Source: Candidatus Multivoradales bacterium
Lineage (GTDB): Bacteria > Acidobacteriota > Thermoanaerobaculia > Multivoradales > JAHEKO01
Assembly: GCA_965223855.1 (NCBI GenBank)
Contig: CBDCXM010000009.1
Span: 2,880,001-2,944,000, forward strand
Reading direction: 5' to 3'
Length of the DNA: 64,000 nt
Below are positions 29,957-41,092 of the stretch, in pieces. The position numbers and the translations under genes are program-made. The notes beneath the pieces are model-generated. The model did no database searches and was not told the DNA's origin. It worked only from the letters and a program-made list of their open reading frames with translations. The stretch's first letter is position 1. The number at the start of each line of letters is the position of its first letter.

Positions 29957-31721
29957 CTAGACCGTCGTCACCCTGACGATCTCTTCGAAGCTCGTGATCC
30001 CTTCGGCGAGCTTGCGTAGCGCGCTCTGACGCAGGGTCCGCATGCCGGCGTTGATGGCGTCGCGCTTGATGCGCGCCGAGTCGGCGCCGGCGAGGATGAG
30101 CGGCTTGATGGTGTCGTCGACCGGCAGCACCTCGAAGACGGCGGTGCGGCCGAGGAAGCCGGTGCCGCGGCATTCGAAGCATCCCTTCGCCGACCTTGAC
30201 GCGCACCCGTTTGCCGGGCGGCACGGAGAGCCGCAGGATCTCCACTTCGCGCTGCGAGAGGTGCGAGTCCTGGGTGCAGTGGGGGCAGACCTTCCTCACC
30301 AGTCGCTGGGCGACGGCGCCGGCGAGGGTCGAGGTGATGAGGAACGGCTCGATGCCGAGGTCGATCAGGCGGCCGATCGCCGATGGCGCGTCGTTGGTGT
30401 GGAGGGTCGAGAAGACGAGATGCCCGGTAAGCGCCGCCTGCACGGCGTACTCGGCGGTCTCCGGGTCACGGATCTCACCGACCATGATGATGTCGGGATC
30501 CTGGCGCAGGACGTGACGCAGCGCCTTGGCGAAGGTGATCCCCGCCCGCGGGTTGACCGCCACCTGGTTGAAGTCCTCGTAGACCATCTCGATCGGATCT
30601 TCGATGGTCGTGATGTTGAGCTCGCGCCCGGCGATCGTCTTGAGCGCCGAGTAGAGGGTGGTCGTCTTACCCGAACCTGTGGGGCCGGTCAGCAGCACGA
30701 TGCCGTGCGGCCGGGTGATGAAGTCGTTGAAGAGGTCGAGCTCGTCGGGATAGAAGCCGATGTCGGGCAGGTCCTGCATCAGCACCGTCGGATCGAAGAT
30801 GCGGATCACGAGCTTCTCGCCGAAGCCGACCGGCAGGGTCGAGACACGGAGCTCGACCTCTTCGCCGGCGCGGCTCGTCTTGACCCGGCCGTCCTGCGGG
30901 CGGCGCTTCTCGGCGATGTCGAGGCGCGCCATCGTCTTGATGCGGCTCACCACCGCGCGATGGACGACCATCGGCATCGTCTGGATGTCGTGCAGCACGC
31001 CGTCGATGCGGAAGCGGATGAGGCTGAACTCGCGTTTCGGCTCGACGTGGATGTCGCTCGCCCGGGTGTCGTAGCCGTGCTGGAGCATGAACTCGACCGC
31101 ATTGACGATGTGCTGGTCGCTGGACTCGATCTCCTTGGCGTCCTTGAGCTGAACCAGCGCTTCGAGGTTGCCGAGGTCGATGCCGCCGGATAGGTCCTTC
31201 TCGGCCCGCTTGACCGAGTGGCGCAGGCCGTAGAACTCGGTGATCGCGCGCAGGATGTCGGGCTCGGAGGCGACCACCAGCTCGAGCTCGCGTTCGGCGA
31301 TGCGCCGGAACGAGTCGATCCCCTCGATGTCGTTGGGGTCGGCGCAGGCGACGCGCAGCCGTCCGTTGGACAGCGCCAGCGGGATCATCCGGTGCCGGCG
31401 AGCGAACGGCCGCGACATCTTCGATTCGATGAGATCGGCGTCGAGGTCGATCGGATCGATGCGGGTGAAATCCAGCTCCGACTCGCGGGCGATGGCACGC
31501 GCGATCTCGAACTCGCGCAGCGGTTTCTTCGGGTTCTCCCGGCTGGGGAAGTTGCAGCGCTCGATGAGCTCGTAGGCGAGCGCCCGCTGCTCGAAGGCAC
31601 GCGGGTTGCGCACGCGAGCCGGCAACTGGCGCGCCTCCTTGTTGACCTCCTCGGCCTGCTCGTCCGTCAACACCCCCTGGCGGACGAGAATCTGCGCCAC
31701 GGCTTCGGGAGTGAGACTCAT
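29957..31721 (-). CDS. GspE/PilB-family secretion ATPase with a 1-nt frameshift near the 3' end
   Basis: ASDIH.EP, GPTGSGKTTT, TIEDP.E, RQDPD.I.VGEIRD, TGHLV.STLH. The conserved GCxxCxGTG.GR tail lies in another frame after 30183-30185. Confidence 0.85.
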
Positions 31722-31843
31722 CGCGGTTCGGCCCGTTGGAGGCGAGGGCTGGCCCGTGTGGGCGGCCCCGGCGCGGCAGAGTGTAGCGGAAGCGGGCGTT
31801 TCGAAGGTGCGACGCCGGGCGCACGGCCGTAGAATCCGGCGCG

Positions 31844-32722
31844 ATGACGATTTCGCTCTTCTCGATCACGGTGGTCGTCGCCGCCGGAGCCGCCTACGCG
31901 GTTCTGGATCTGGTGCGCAAGCGGCTGATGGGCGGGCTGACGGCGCGGGCGCTCCTGGTGTGGCTGGCCCTGCTGCCGGTGCCGATTTTCTGGGCGGTCG
32001 CCGCTGCCGACGGCTGGCAGCTCACCTCGGCCTACTGGTCGGCCGGCCTGGTGTCGATCGGCGTCAACGTGGTGGCCAATCTCGCCTTCCTCAAGGCGCT
32101 CGAGATCGCGCCGCTGGGGGTGACGATCCCGTTGCTGTCCTTGACGCCGGTGTTCGCGACCCTGCTGTCGATCCGGCTGCTGGGGGAGCTTCCGAACCCG
32201 GTGCAGTGGGCCGGCATCGTCTGCGTGGTCCTCGGCGCCTTCGCGCTCAACTGGCATCCGGACGACGGCGTCACATTCAAGGGGGCCTGGCGATCGCTGA
32301 CGCGGGAGAAGGGGAGCCTCCTGATGGTGGTGACGGCGCTGGGCTGGTCGATCACCCCGCCGTTCGACAAGCTGGCTTCGGAGGCGGCGGGCACCTACGA
32401 GCACGGCACCCTGCTCAATCTCGGAGTCGGCCTCGCGGTGCTGCTGCTGGTGGTCGCACAGGGGGAGGCGAAGAGCCTCCGCTTCGCCCGCAGCGACCTC
32501 GGATGGCTGCTCGCCTCCGCGGTGATCGGCTTCACGTCGCTGGCGCTCCTGCTCAAGGCCTACACCGTCGCCTGGGTCGGCCTGGTGGAGGCGGGGCGGC
32601 GCGCCGTCAACTCGGTGCTGGCGCTGGTCTTCGGCCGGCTCTACTTCGACGAGACGGTGCGAAAGGCCCAGCTGGCAGCGGTGGCGCTGATGAGCGTCGG
32701 CGTAGCGCTGATCTTCCTCTAG
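31844..32722 (+). CDS. EamA/DMT family transporter
   Basis: About ten TM segments in two repeats. 'PLLSLTPVF..L....LLGE'. Confidence 0.85.
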   Translation: MTISLFSITVVVAAGAAYAVLDLVRKRLMGGLTARALLVWLALLPVPIFWAVAAADGWQLTSAYWSAGLVSIGVNVVANLAFLKALEIAPLGVTIPLLSLTPVFATLLSIRLLGELPNPVQWAGIVCVVLGAFALNWHPDDGVTFKGAWRSLTREKGSLLMVVTALGWSITPPFDKLASEAAGTYEHGTLLNLGVGLAVLLLVVAQGEAKSLRFARSDLGWLLASAVIGFTSLALLLKAYTVAWVGLVEAGRRAVNSVLALVFGRLYFDETVRKAQLAAVALMSVGVALIFL

Positions 32723-32731
32723 TGTGAGGAG

Positions 32732-33922
32732 CTAGCGCCGCCGCGCGGCCGGCCATTCGCGCTGCAGCCCCCGGGTGGAGGCCCAGTGCGCTCGCAGCTC
32801 GGTCATCGAGTCACCGCCGAGCTTCTCAAGCAGGGCGTCGGCGAGCACCAGGGCGACCATCGCTTCGGCGATCACCCCGGCTGCCGGGAGCGCCGTGACG
32901 TCGCTGCGCTCGTACTGCGAGGTGGCGGCTTCGCCGCTGTCTAGGTCGACCGAGGGCATCCCCTTGCGCAGCGTCGAAATCGGCTTCATGTAGGCGGTGA
33001 TGACGACGTCCTCACCGTTGGTCACGCCCCCTTCGAGGCCGCCGGCCCGGTTACCTTCCCGGCTGAGCCGCTCGGCGCTGCCGGGGACGATCGGGTCGTG
33101 CGCCGCACTGCCGAGTGCGCGGCTCGCCTCGAGCGCGTGGCCGATTTCGACCGCCTTCACCGCCGGCACCGAGAGCGTGGCGGCGGCGAGCCGGCCGTCG
33201 AGCTTTTCGTCCCAGTGGGCATAGGAGCCGAGGCCGGGGGGCACGTTGTGGGCGACCACGGTGACCGCGCCGCCGAGCGTCTCCCCGGCCGCTGCGGCCT
33301 CGTCGACGAGCGCCATCATGCTTTCCTCTAGCGCAGGGTCGGCGGCTCGCAGGGGGGAGGTGTCGTCCATCTCGGTGAGCTGCGCCCAGTCCGGGGGAGG
33401 CGCGTCGGCGCCGATCGAGCCCAGCGCCCGCACGCCGCTCGCGATCTCGACGTCGAACTGCGCGAGGAGCATGCGCGCCAGCGTCGCGGCGGCGACTCTC
33501 GCCGCGGTCTCGCGCGCCGAGGCGCGCTCGAGGACGTCGCGCAGGTCGTCGCGCAGATACTTGATCCCGCCCGCGAGATCGGCGTGGCCGGGCCGCGGCG
33601 AGTGGACCCGCCGCAATTCGACCCGTCGCGGGTCGTTCTCGAGCGGGTTCATGACGTCGTCCCACTTGGCGTAGTCGCGGTTCTCGATCCACAGCCCGAC
33701 CGGCGAGCCGAGGGTGACGCCGCCCCGCACGCCGGCGCGAATCTCCACCGCGTCGGTCTCGATCTTCATCCGCGCGCCGCGACCGTAGCCGTGCATCCGG
33801 CGTTTCATCTGCCGCTCGATCTCGGCGCTGTCCACGGTCATGCCGGCAGGAAGGCCCCGCAGCGTCGCGGTGAGGCCCGGCCCGTGGCTCTCGCCCGAAG
33901 TGGTCAAAGAGAGGCGGCGCAT
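32732..33922 (-). CDS. aroC: Chorismate synthase
   Basis: GESHG, RPGHAD, RASARETAARVA, NRAGGLEGG, MKPISTL. Confidence 0.95.
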   Translation of the reverse strand: MRRLSLTTSGESHGPGLTATLRGLPAGMTVDSAEIERQMKRRMHGYGRGARMKIETDAVEIRAGVRGGVTLGSPVGLWIENRDYAKWDDVMNPLENDPRRVELRRVHSPRPGHADLAGGIKYLRDDLRDVLERASARETAARVAAATLARMLLAQFDVEIASGVRALGSIGADAPPPDWAQLTEMDDTSPLRAADPALEESMMALVDEAAAAGETLGGAVTVVAHNVPPGLGSYAHWDEKLDGRLAAATLSVPAVKAVEIGHALEASRALGSAAHDPIVPGSAERLSREGNRAGGLEGGVTNGEDVVITAYMKPISTLRKGMPSVDLDSGEAATSQYERSDVTALPAAGVIAEAMVALVLADALLEKLGGDSMTELRAHWASTRGLQREWPAARRR

Positions 33923-34064
33923 GGCGGCGACGATATCGGAATCGTCCCGGGACCGCGGACCTGTTCGCGCGGGCCTCTGTGCGGGCTGGAGCGAGTGCCC
34001 GGGACCTCGCACCTGTTGCGATTGCCTGGACGCGGCTCGCACCGAGCGTTTAGTCTGCCCGGCT

Positions 34065-34703
34065 ATGAGCGAGCCGGTCCTCGACACGGTCGATCTGCGC
34101 GACGAGGTGGACGACCTCGACGAGCTGCTGGGCGAAGGCTCCGTCGAGGTCGCGGCGCGGGCCCGGAGAGCGAGCCACCTGGAGTTCGGGATGGTGACGA
34201 TCGCCAACGTGCTGTGGGCGGTCGTCGGGCTGGTGCTGTGGCTGCCGCAGGCGTTCCGGGCGGTGCTGGGGGCGGCGCTGCGAGTGGTGCACTCGGCACT
34301 CACCCATCAGGAGTCCGACCGGGCGATCGCCGGCATTCGTCGCGTCAGCCGCTTCTACACCGACCGCTTCCTGCGCACGCAGGGAGGCGGGAGCCCGACG
34401 GTGGGACGGCGCCATGAATGGCGTCCGCTGCGGCTGCTGTTCGAGATCGCCTGGGCCGCCGCCTTCTACCTGCTGGTCCTCAAATGGTGGCGGCCAGAGA
34501 CCTTCGCTCCGATCGGTGCGCGACTCGAGAGCTTCGCCTCGACGGCGTGGGAGCGCCTGGGTGGAGCGGCGGCTTCGACACTCGACTGGATCGCGTTCGA
34601 TCCGAGCGTGCTGGGTGGCATCTGGCTCCGGGTGACGGCGACCGTGCTGGTCGCGATCGGACTCGGCCTGCTGCTCGGGCTCTGGCTCGGGCGCCGCAGG
34701 TAG
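34065..34703 (+). CDS. Hypothetical membrane protein
   Basis: ATG 34065 preceded by TAGTCT, with three hydrophobic segments. Confidence 0.6.
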   Translation: MSEPVLDTVDLRDEVDDLDELLGEGSVEVAARARRASHLEFGMVTIANVLWAVVGLVLWLPQAFRAVLGAALRVVHSALTHQESDRAIAGIRRVSRFYTDRFLRTQGGGSPTVGRRHEWRPLRLLFEIAWAAAFYLLVLKWWRPETFAPIGARLESFASTAWERLGGAAASTLDWIAFDPSVLGGIWLRVTATVLVAIGLGLLLGLWLGRRR

Positions 34704-34724
34704 CGGGCACCTTCCCCGGCCGGA

Positions 34725-35927
34725 TCAGGCTGCCTGCCGAGGCCCGCGATGCGGGCGGTTCGGGCGCGCGCCGCGCAGCACGTCGACGGCGGCCGACAGA
34801 CCGTCGAGGGTCAGCTCGAACATCGGAAACACCCTGCGGATGGCATCGATCGTCGTGGCGTGCCAGATGCGCTGCGGTTCCGGATTGAGCCAGACGGAGT
34901 CGGGGCAGCGCTCCCGCAGCCTCAGCAGCCAGTCGAGACCGCTCACCGAGTTGCGATGCGAGTAGTCGAGCGCGCCGAAGCGCAGCAGCTCGACCGGGCT
35001 CATCCAGGCATCGCCGACGATCACCACCGACCAGCGCTCGTCGAGCTCGCGCAGCCACTCGACCGTCGACTCGCCCTTGCGCAGGCTCGAGTCGCGATAG
35101 ACGCGCTCGTAGAGGCAATTGTGGAAGAAGCGGGCCTCGAAGGAGCGGAAGTGCTGCGCCCGATGCGTGGCGCTGAAGAGCAGCTCCGAGATCCGGCTGT
35201 GAGGATCCATCGACCCGCCGACATCCATCAGGAGCGCCAGACGGACCCGGTTGCGTCGCTCGGGCCGGAAGACCAGCTCGATGTCTCCGGCGTTGCGGGC
35301 GCTGGCGTCGATGGTCCCGTCGAGGTCGAGCTCGTCCGGTACGCCGTGGCGATCGAGCTTGCGCAGCCGCTGCAACGCCACGCCGATCTGCCGCGTGTCG
35401 AGGATGCGGTCGGATCGCAGGCGCCGGAACCGCCGCTCGCCCGCCACCTGGACGGCAGAGCGGCCGCCTCCGAGGTCGCCGACCCTCACGCCTGCCGCGT
35501 GGCGACCGCCGCGCCCGAACGGAGAGCGCCCTCCGGTGCCGATCCAGTGACTGCCGCCGTCGTGTCGCTCGTCCTGCTCGCGCATCCGCTCCTCGAACGT
35601 ACGCCGGAGCTCGTCGAGGTCGAAGTCGTCGGGGAAGGGGAGGCGGGTGGCGTCGAGCGGCGGCAGCTCCGCCTCCGCCAGCCACTCGAGTAGCGCCTCG
35701 TCGACATCGAAGTGCCCTTCGACGCCGCGAAAGAACTCCTGGAACGCGAGGTCGTAACGGTCGAAGTCCGAGACCCGATGAACCAGCAGCGACCGCGCGA
35801 GGTGGTAGAGGGTCGCGAGATCCGAGCGTGCGTGGCCGCGGGCGAGCGCGTCGAGGAAGGTCAGCCACTCGGAGAGGCCGACCTTCAGGCCGTGCGACCT
35901 CAGGTGGAAGAAGAACGGAGTGAACAA
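34725..35927 (-). CDS. CoxE-like VWA domain protein
   Basis: WIGTGG.SPFG, LDLDGTI, MDVGGSM (MIDAS), VGDA.M, WLNP. Confidence 0.85.
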   Translation of the reverse strand: MFTPFFFHLRSHGLKVGLSEWLTFLDALARGHARSDLATLYHLARSLLVHRVSDFDRYDLAFQEFFRGVEGHFDVDEALLEWLAEAELPPLDATRLPFPDDFDLDELRRTFEERMREQDERHDGGSHWIGTGGRSPFGRGGRHAAGVRVGDLGGGRSAVQVAGERRFRRLRSDRILDTRQIGVALQRLRKLDRHGVPDELDLDGTIDASARNAGDIELVFRPERRNRVRLALLMDVGGSMDPHSRISELLFSATHRAQHFRSFEARFFHNCLYERVYRDSSLRKGESTVEWLRELDERWSVVIVGDAWMSPVELLRFGALDYSHRNSVSGLDWLLRLRERCPDSVWLNPEPQRIWHATTIDAIRRVFPMFELTLDGLSAAVDVLRGARPNRPHRGPRQAA

Positions 35928-35942
35928 CGGTCTTTGCGGAGA

Positions 35943-36773
<831 letters not shown>

Positions 36774-36941
36774 GGGAGTCTCCGGGCCGGCGCGGTGGGT
36801 GGGCGTCGAGGGCGGGAGAGTCTACCGAAGCCCGACGCGGGAAGATCGACGGCGGCCCTCGCCTCAGGATAGGCTCATGCGAGTTTTCACCGAGGCAAGG
36901 TTCGCCACCTCCGTGGTGCGCGACCGGAACAGGAGATCGAA

Positions 36942-39338
36942 ATGACGAAGCGGGTTTTGGGGTTCGTAGCGGCTCTGGCGTGCGTCGCCGGGGTGGTCGT
37001 GGCGCAGGACACGGGCAGTGTGAGAGGGACGGTGACCGACGACGAGGGGCGGGGAATCGCCGGCGTCGCCGTGATCATCAACGAAACGGGCGCCGTAGAG
37101 ACCACAGGCGGTGACGGCAGCTTCGCTTTCCGCAGCGTGCCCGCCGGCACCTACTCGGTGAGCTTCACCCTCGGCAGCAACTCGACCTCGGTCGAGGGCG
37201 TCGAGGTCGCCGCGGGCGGTACCGCCACGGTCGACCAGAGCGTCGACTGGGACACGACCTTCCTCGACTCGATCACCGTCTTCTCGGCGTCGCGCCGCGA
37301 GGAGCGGATCGTCGATGCGCCGGCGTCGATCTCCGCCTTCAGCGAAGAGGAGATCGCTCAGGACGTCGCCACCGGCCAGATCGCCAAGGTGATCGAGTTC
37401 GCTCCCGGCGTGGAGGTGAACCAGAGCGGCATCTACGACTTCAACATCAACGCCCGAGGTTTCAACAGCTCGCTGAACCGCCGTGTGCAGACGCTGGTCG
37501 ACGGCCGCGAGCCGTCGGTGCCGTTCCTCGGCTCGACCGACTGGCTGTCGATGACGGCGATGGCGGACGTTGCCAAGATGGAGCTGGTGCGAGGCCCGAG
37601 TTCGGCGCTCTACGGCGCCAACGCCTTCAACGGCGTCCTCAACGTGATCACGCAGCCGGCGCGCGACCTGACCGGCGGCGAGGTGACGATTTCGGGCGGC
37701 GAGCTCAGCACCCTCAAGGGAGAGGTCCTGTGGGGCGGCGAGATCAGCGACAGCTGGTATCTCAAGTTCATCGGCGGCTTCACCGACGGTGAGGACTTCT
37801 TTCAGTCGCGCAACGTGACGACGGAGTACGCCGGCCTGCCGATGGAAGCCGAGCCGGGCAGCAACCAGTACGACAACACCACCGCCACGCTCCGGCTCGA
37901 CAAGGAGATCGGCGACGACCAGCTGTTCACCCTCGAGACGAATCGCTACGAGGGGAGCGGCGGCACGGTGGTCACCGGTATCGGTCGGGTGCAGGTGACC
38001 GACCTCGAGCGCGACTGGACGCGACTCAACTACTCGAACCGCCACTTCAACGTGCTCGCCTACCGCAACACCCGGCAGAGCCCGGACCAGAAGGCGCTGT
38101 CGTCCGGCGGGCGGATCTTCCTCGACTCCGAGCAGACGAAGCTCGAGATCCAGGGCAATCGCAGCTTCGCCGACGGGCGCACCCGCCTGGTGGTCGGTGC
38201 GTCGCACAAGGAGGAGGAGATCGATACCGCCAACGCCGCGGGCTTCCAGACTCTGGTCTTCTCGCCCGTCGATCACGACTTCACCGCCGCGTTCGCCCAG
38301 GTCGACTTCGATCTCACCGACCGGGTGAAGCTGGTGCTCGCCTCGCGCTTCGACGACAGCTCGCTCCACGACTCGCAGGTTTCGCCCAAGGCGGCGTTGG
38401 TGATCGGCCTCAACGACCGGCACACGCTGCGCCTCTCCTACAACGAGGCGTTCCAGGTGCCGAACTACTCGGAGTTCTTCCTCGACGCTCCGACGGCGAT
38501 CCCGGGCGTCGGTGCGTCGATCGACCTCAGGGCGATCGAGGCGGGACTGTGCGCCCCGTTCGGCGTCTCCTGCGGCTTCGACACCCCGGTCGGCGTTCGC
38601 GCGCTCGGCAACACGGCGCTGACGCTCGAGGAGATCACCTCGATCGAGGTCGGCTACTCGGCGATCCTCGCGGACAAGGCGTTCCTGACGATCGACTACT
38701 ACTCGAACGAGCTCGACAACTTCATCACCGACCTGACGGTGAACCCGTTCGGCCTGGTCAACCCGCAGTTCGGTCCGTACACGCCGCCGCCCAACCATCC
38801 GGCGCCGCAGCTGCTGCTGACGACGCTCGCAGGCGCGCTCGGTCCGGCGGCGGCGTTCCTGTCGCGCAACGTCGACGGCACGCCGATCTTCGCCCTCGTC
38901 TCCTACGCCAATGCGGGCCAGGTGGACACCCAGGGCATCGATCTCGGCCTGAACTACTACGTCACCCCCTTCTGGCAGCTCGAGTTCAGCTACTCGTGGT
39001 TCGATTTCGACATTCAGGACACCGGCGGCTTCGCCGAGTCGAACCTGCTGCCGAACGCCCCCGAGGGCAAGGCGTCCTTCGGCCTGACCTACTCGGGCGA
39101 CCGGTTCGGCGCATCGATCAAGGGTCGCTGGGTCGACGACTTCCTGTGGGCTGCGGGCGCCTTCCAGGGTCCCGTGCCGTCGTACGAGACCTTCACGGTG
39201 GCGGGGCGCTACGATGTCAGCGATGCCGTGACCGTCGGCGTCAACGTGTCGAACGCCTTCGACGACGAGCACTACCAGTCGTTCGGTGGGGACCTGCTGA
39301 CGCGCCGCGCGCTCGGTTTCGTGACGATCAACTGGTAG
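36942..39338 (+). CDS. TonB-dependent receptor with N-terminal carboxypeptidase-regulatory-like domain
   Basis: Signal peptide, G.V.GTVTD, plug 'ELVRGP.SALYGANA..GVLN.IT', barrel ending in W. Confidence 0.9.
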   Translation: MTKRVLGFVAALACVAGVVVAQDTGSVRGTVTDDEGRGIAGVAVIINETGAVETTGGDGSFAFRSVPAGTYSVSFTLGSNSTSVEGVEVAAGGTATVDQSVDWDTTFLDSITVFSASRREERIVDAPASISAFSEEEIAQDVATGQIAKVIEFAPGVEVNQSGIYDFNINARGFNSSLNRRVQTLVDGREPSVPFLGSTDWLSMTAMADVAKMELVRGPSSALYGANAFNGVLNVITQPARDLTGGEVTISGGELSTLKGEVLWGGEISDSWYLKFIGGFTDGEDFFQSRNVTTEYAGLPMEAEPGSNQYDNTTATLRLDKEIGDDQLFTLETNRYEGSGGTVVTGIGRVQVTDLERDWTRLNYSNRHFNVLAYRNTRQSPDQKALSSGGRIFLDSEQTKLEIQGNRSFADGRTRLVVGASHKEEEIDTANAAGFQTLVFSPVDHDFTAAFAQVDFDLTDRVKLVLASRFDDSSLHDSQVSPKAALVIGLNDRHTLRLSYNEAFQVPNYSEFFLDAPTAIPGVGASIDLRAIEAGLCAPFGVSCGFDTPVGVRALGNTALTLEEITSIEVGYSAILADKAFLTIDYYSNELDNFITDLTVNPFGLVNPQFGPYTPPPNHPAPQLLLTTLAGALGPAAAFLSRNVDGTPIFALVSYANAGQVDTQGIDLGLNYYVTPFWQLEFSYSWFDFDIQDTGGFAESNLLPNAPEGKASFGLTYSGDRFGASIKGRWVDDFLWAAGAFQGPVPSYETFTVAGRYDVSDAVTVGVNVSNAFDDEHYQSFGGDLLTRRALGFVTINW

Positions 39339-39765
39339 ACGGCACAGCGTCGGCGTCACCGAGGCGCTCGAACTCGTCTCTGATCGCGGCCGGCAGGCGG
39401 ACAGGCTTGCCGGTCGCGCGCTCTACCCAGACGTGCTCCGTCGCGCCGGTGGCGAGCAGCTCCTCGCCCCGGCGCACGGTGTAGCTGTAGCGCACCCCGC
39501 GACTCCAGAGCCGTTCGACCTTGGCGGTCACCTGCACGGTGTCGCCGTAGACGGCCCCGCGGCGGTACTTCACCTCGACGCCGGTGACCAGCAGCAGGTA
39601 GCCGGCCTTCTCGATCTCTGCGTAGTGGAGCCCCGCCGCAGCCGACAGACGGGTGCGGGCGAGCTCGAACCAGACGATGTAGTTGGTGTGGTGGACCACC
39701 CCCATCTGGTCGGTCTCGACGTAGCGCACTTCGACGTCGACGGTCGCTGCGAGAGAGTCAGACAC
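39328..39765 (-). CDS. YbgC/FadM-family acyl-CoA thioesterase
   Basis: VRYVETDQMGVVHH.NY..WFE.AR. Confidence 0.88.
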   Translation of the reverse strand: MSDSLAATVDVEVRYVETDQMGVVHHTNYIVWFELARTRLSAAAGLHYAEIEKAGYLLLVTGVEVKYRRGAVYGDTVQVTAKVERLWSRGVRYSYTVRRGEELLATGATEHVWVERATGKPVRLPAAIRDEFERLGDADAVPSTS

Positions 39766-40459
39766 GGCGGGCGAGAGCGTAGCGCAGGACGGTCCAGAGG
39801 ATCTTGTAGCCGGCGAGGGCCGTCCCCTTGAACGTGCCGGTGATCTTCGAGACCCCGACCCGCTTGCGGTAGGAGACCGGTCGCTCCACGACCCGGAGGC
39901 CGTGGCGGAGCGCCTTGACCTGCATCTCCGCCGTCCAGCCGAAGTCTGGATCCGACATCGCGAGCGCTTCGAGCGCGTCCCAGCGGATCGCCCGGAACGG
40001 GCCGAGGTCGGTATAGCGGTGGCCGTAGAGGAGGCGGATCAACGTGCAGGCGACGAGATTGCCGGCACGGGCCTGCGGCAGCAGCGCTCCACGCTCCCGC
40101 CGCCCGAGGACTCGGGAGCCGATCACGAGGTCGGCCTCGCCGGCCAGCAGCGGTGCGACGAGGTCGGGGAGCTCCTCGGGATGATCGGAGAAGTCGCCGT
40201 CGAGGAAGACGACGAGCGCCGGTGGATCGTTGCGACGCAGGTGCGCCAGAGCGGCCAGGCAGGCACTGCCGTAGCCGGCCCGCAACTCGGAGACGACCTC
40301 GGCCCCTCCCTCCCGGGCGCGGTCGGCGGTCGCATCCGTGGAGGCGTTGTCGCAGACCACGACCCTCCGTACCGGCGGGCGAGGGACCGCCGCCAGGACC
40401 AGCGGCAGCGAGGCCTCCTCGTTGTAGGCCGGAATGACGACGTCGATAGCGGTGGACAT
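39758..40459 (-). CDS. Glycosyltransferase family 2
   Basis: VVIPAYNEE, DN.STD.T, GYG.AC, FLDGD.SD.P, DLGPFRAI. Confidence 0.9.
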   Translation of the reverse strand: MSTAIDVVIPAYNEEASLPLVLAAVPRPPVRRVVVCDNASTDATADRAREGGAEVVSELRAGYGSACLAALAHLRRNDPPALVVFLDGDFSDHPEELPDLVAPLLAGEADLVIGSRVLGRRERGALLPQARAGNLVACTLIRLLYGHRYTDLGPFRAIRWDALEALAMSDPDFGWTAEMQVKALRHGLRVVERPVSYRKRVGVSKITGTFKGTALAGYKILWTVLRYALARRV

Positions 40460-40528
40460 GGGAAAGGCTCGTGCCGTCGTGCCGGCGACCCCGGAGCGCC
40501 GCCCGGGGGGAGCGGATAGTATCGCGCG

Positions 40529-41092
40529 ATGCCGATCGCGGCCTACGAGGGGATACGTCCGCGCCTGGGAGAGCGGGTCTATGTCGCGCCCGGCGCCTGG
40601 GTCGGCGGAGACGTCGAGGTCGGCGACGACGTGTCGTTCTGGTTCCAGTCGGTGACGCGCGGCGACGTCAACTCGATCCGCATCGGCGACCGCTCGAACG
40701 TGCAGGACGCCGCGGTGCTGCACGTCACCCACGAGACGCATCCGCTGGCCATCGGCCGCGATGTCGTCATCGGCCACGGAGCGATCGTCCACGGCTGCAC
40801 GATCGGCGACGGCGCCCTGCTGGGGATCGGTTGCACGGTGCTCGACGGCGCCGTCGTCGGCGCGGGAGCGCAGGTCGCGGCGGGGGCCCTGGTCCCTCCG
40901 GACATGGTGGTACCGGCACGGACCCTGGTGATGGGGATTCCGGCGCGTGTGAAGCGCGAGCTCAGCGCCGCGGAACTCGAGGCGAACGCCGAGATCGCTC
41001 CGCGCTACGTCGGTGTCAAGGAGTCGTGGGCGGCGGAGACGGGCTACGGCACTTCGGAGTCCGGCGAGGTGGCTGCGGAGAGGGCGCCATGA
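40529..41092 (+). CDS. Gamma carbonic anhydrase family (YrdA-like)
   Basis: RGDVN.I.IG..SNVQD...LH, IGH...HGC, hexapeptide repeats. Confidence 0.9.
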   Translation: MPIAAYEGIRPRLGERVYVAPGAWVGGDVEVGDDVSFWFQSVTRGDVNSIRIGDRSNVQDAAVLHVTHETHPLAIGRDVVIGHGAIVHGCTIGDGALLGIGCTVLDGAVVGAGAQVAAGALVPPDMVVPARTLVMGIPARVKRELSAAELEANAEIAPRYVGVKESWAAETGYGTSESGEVAAERAP

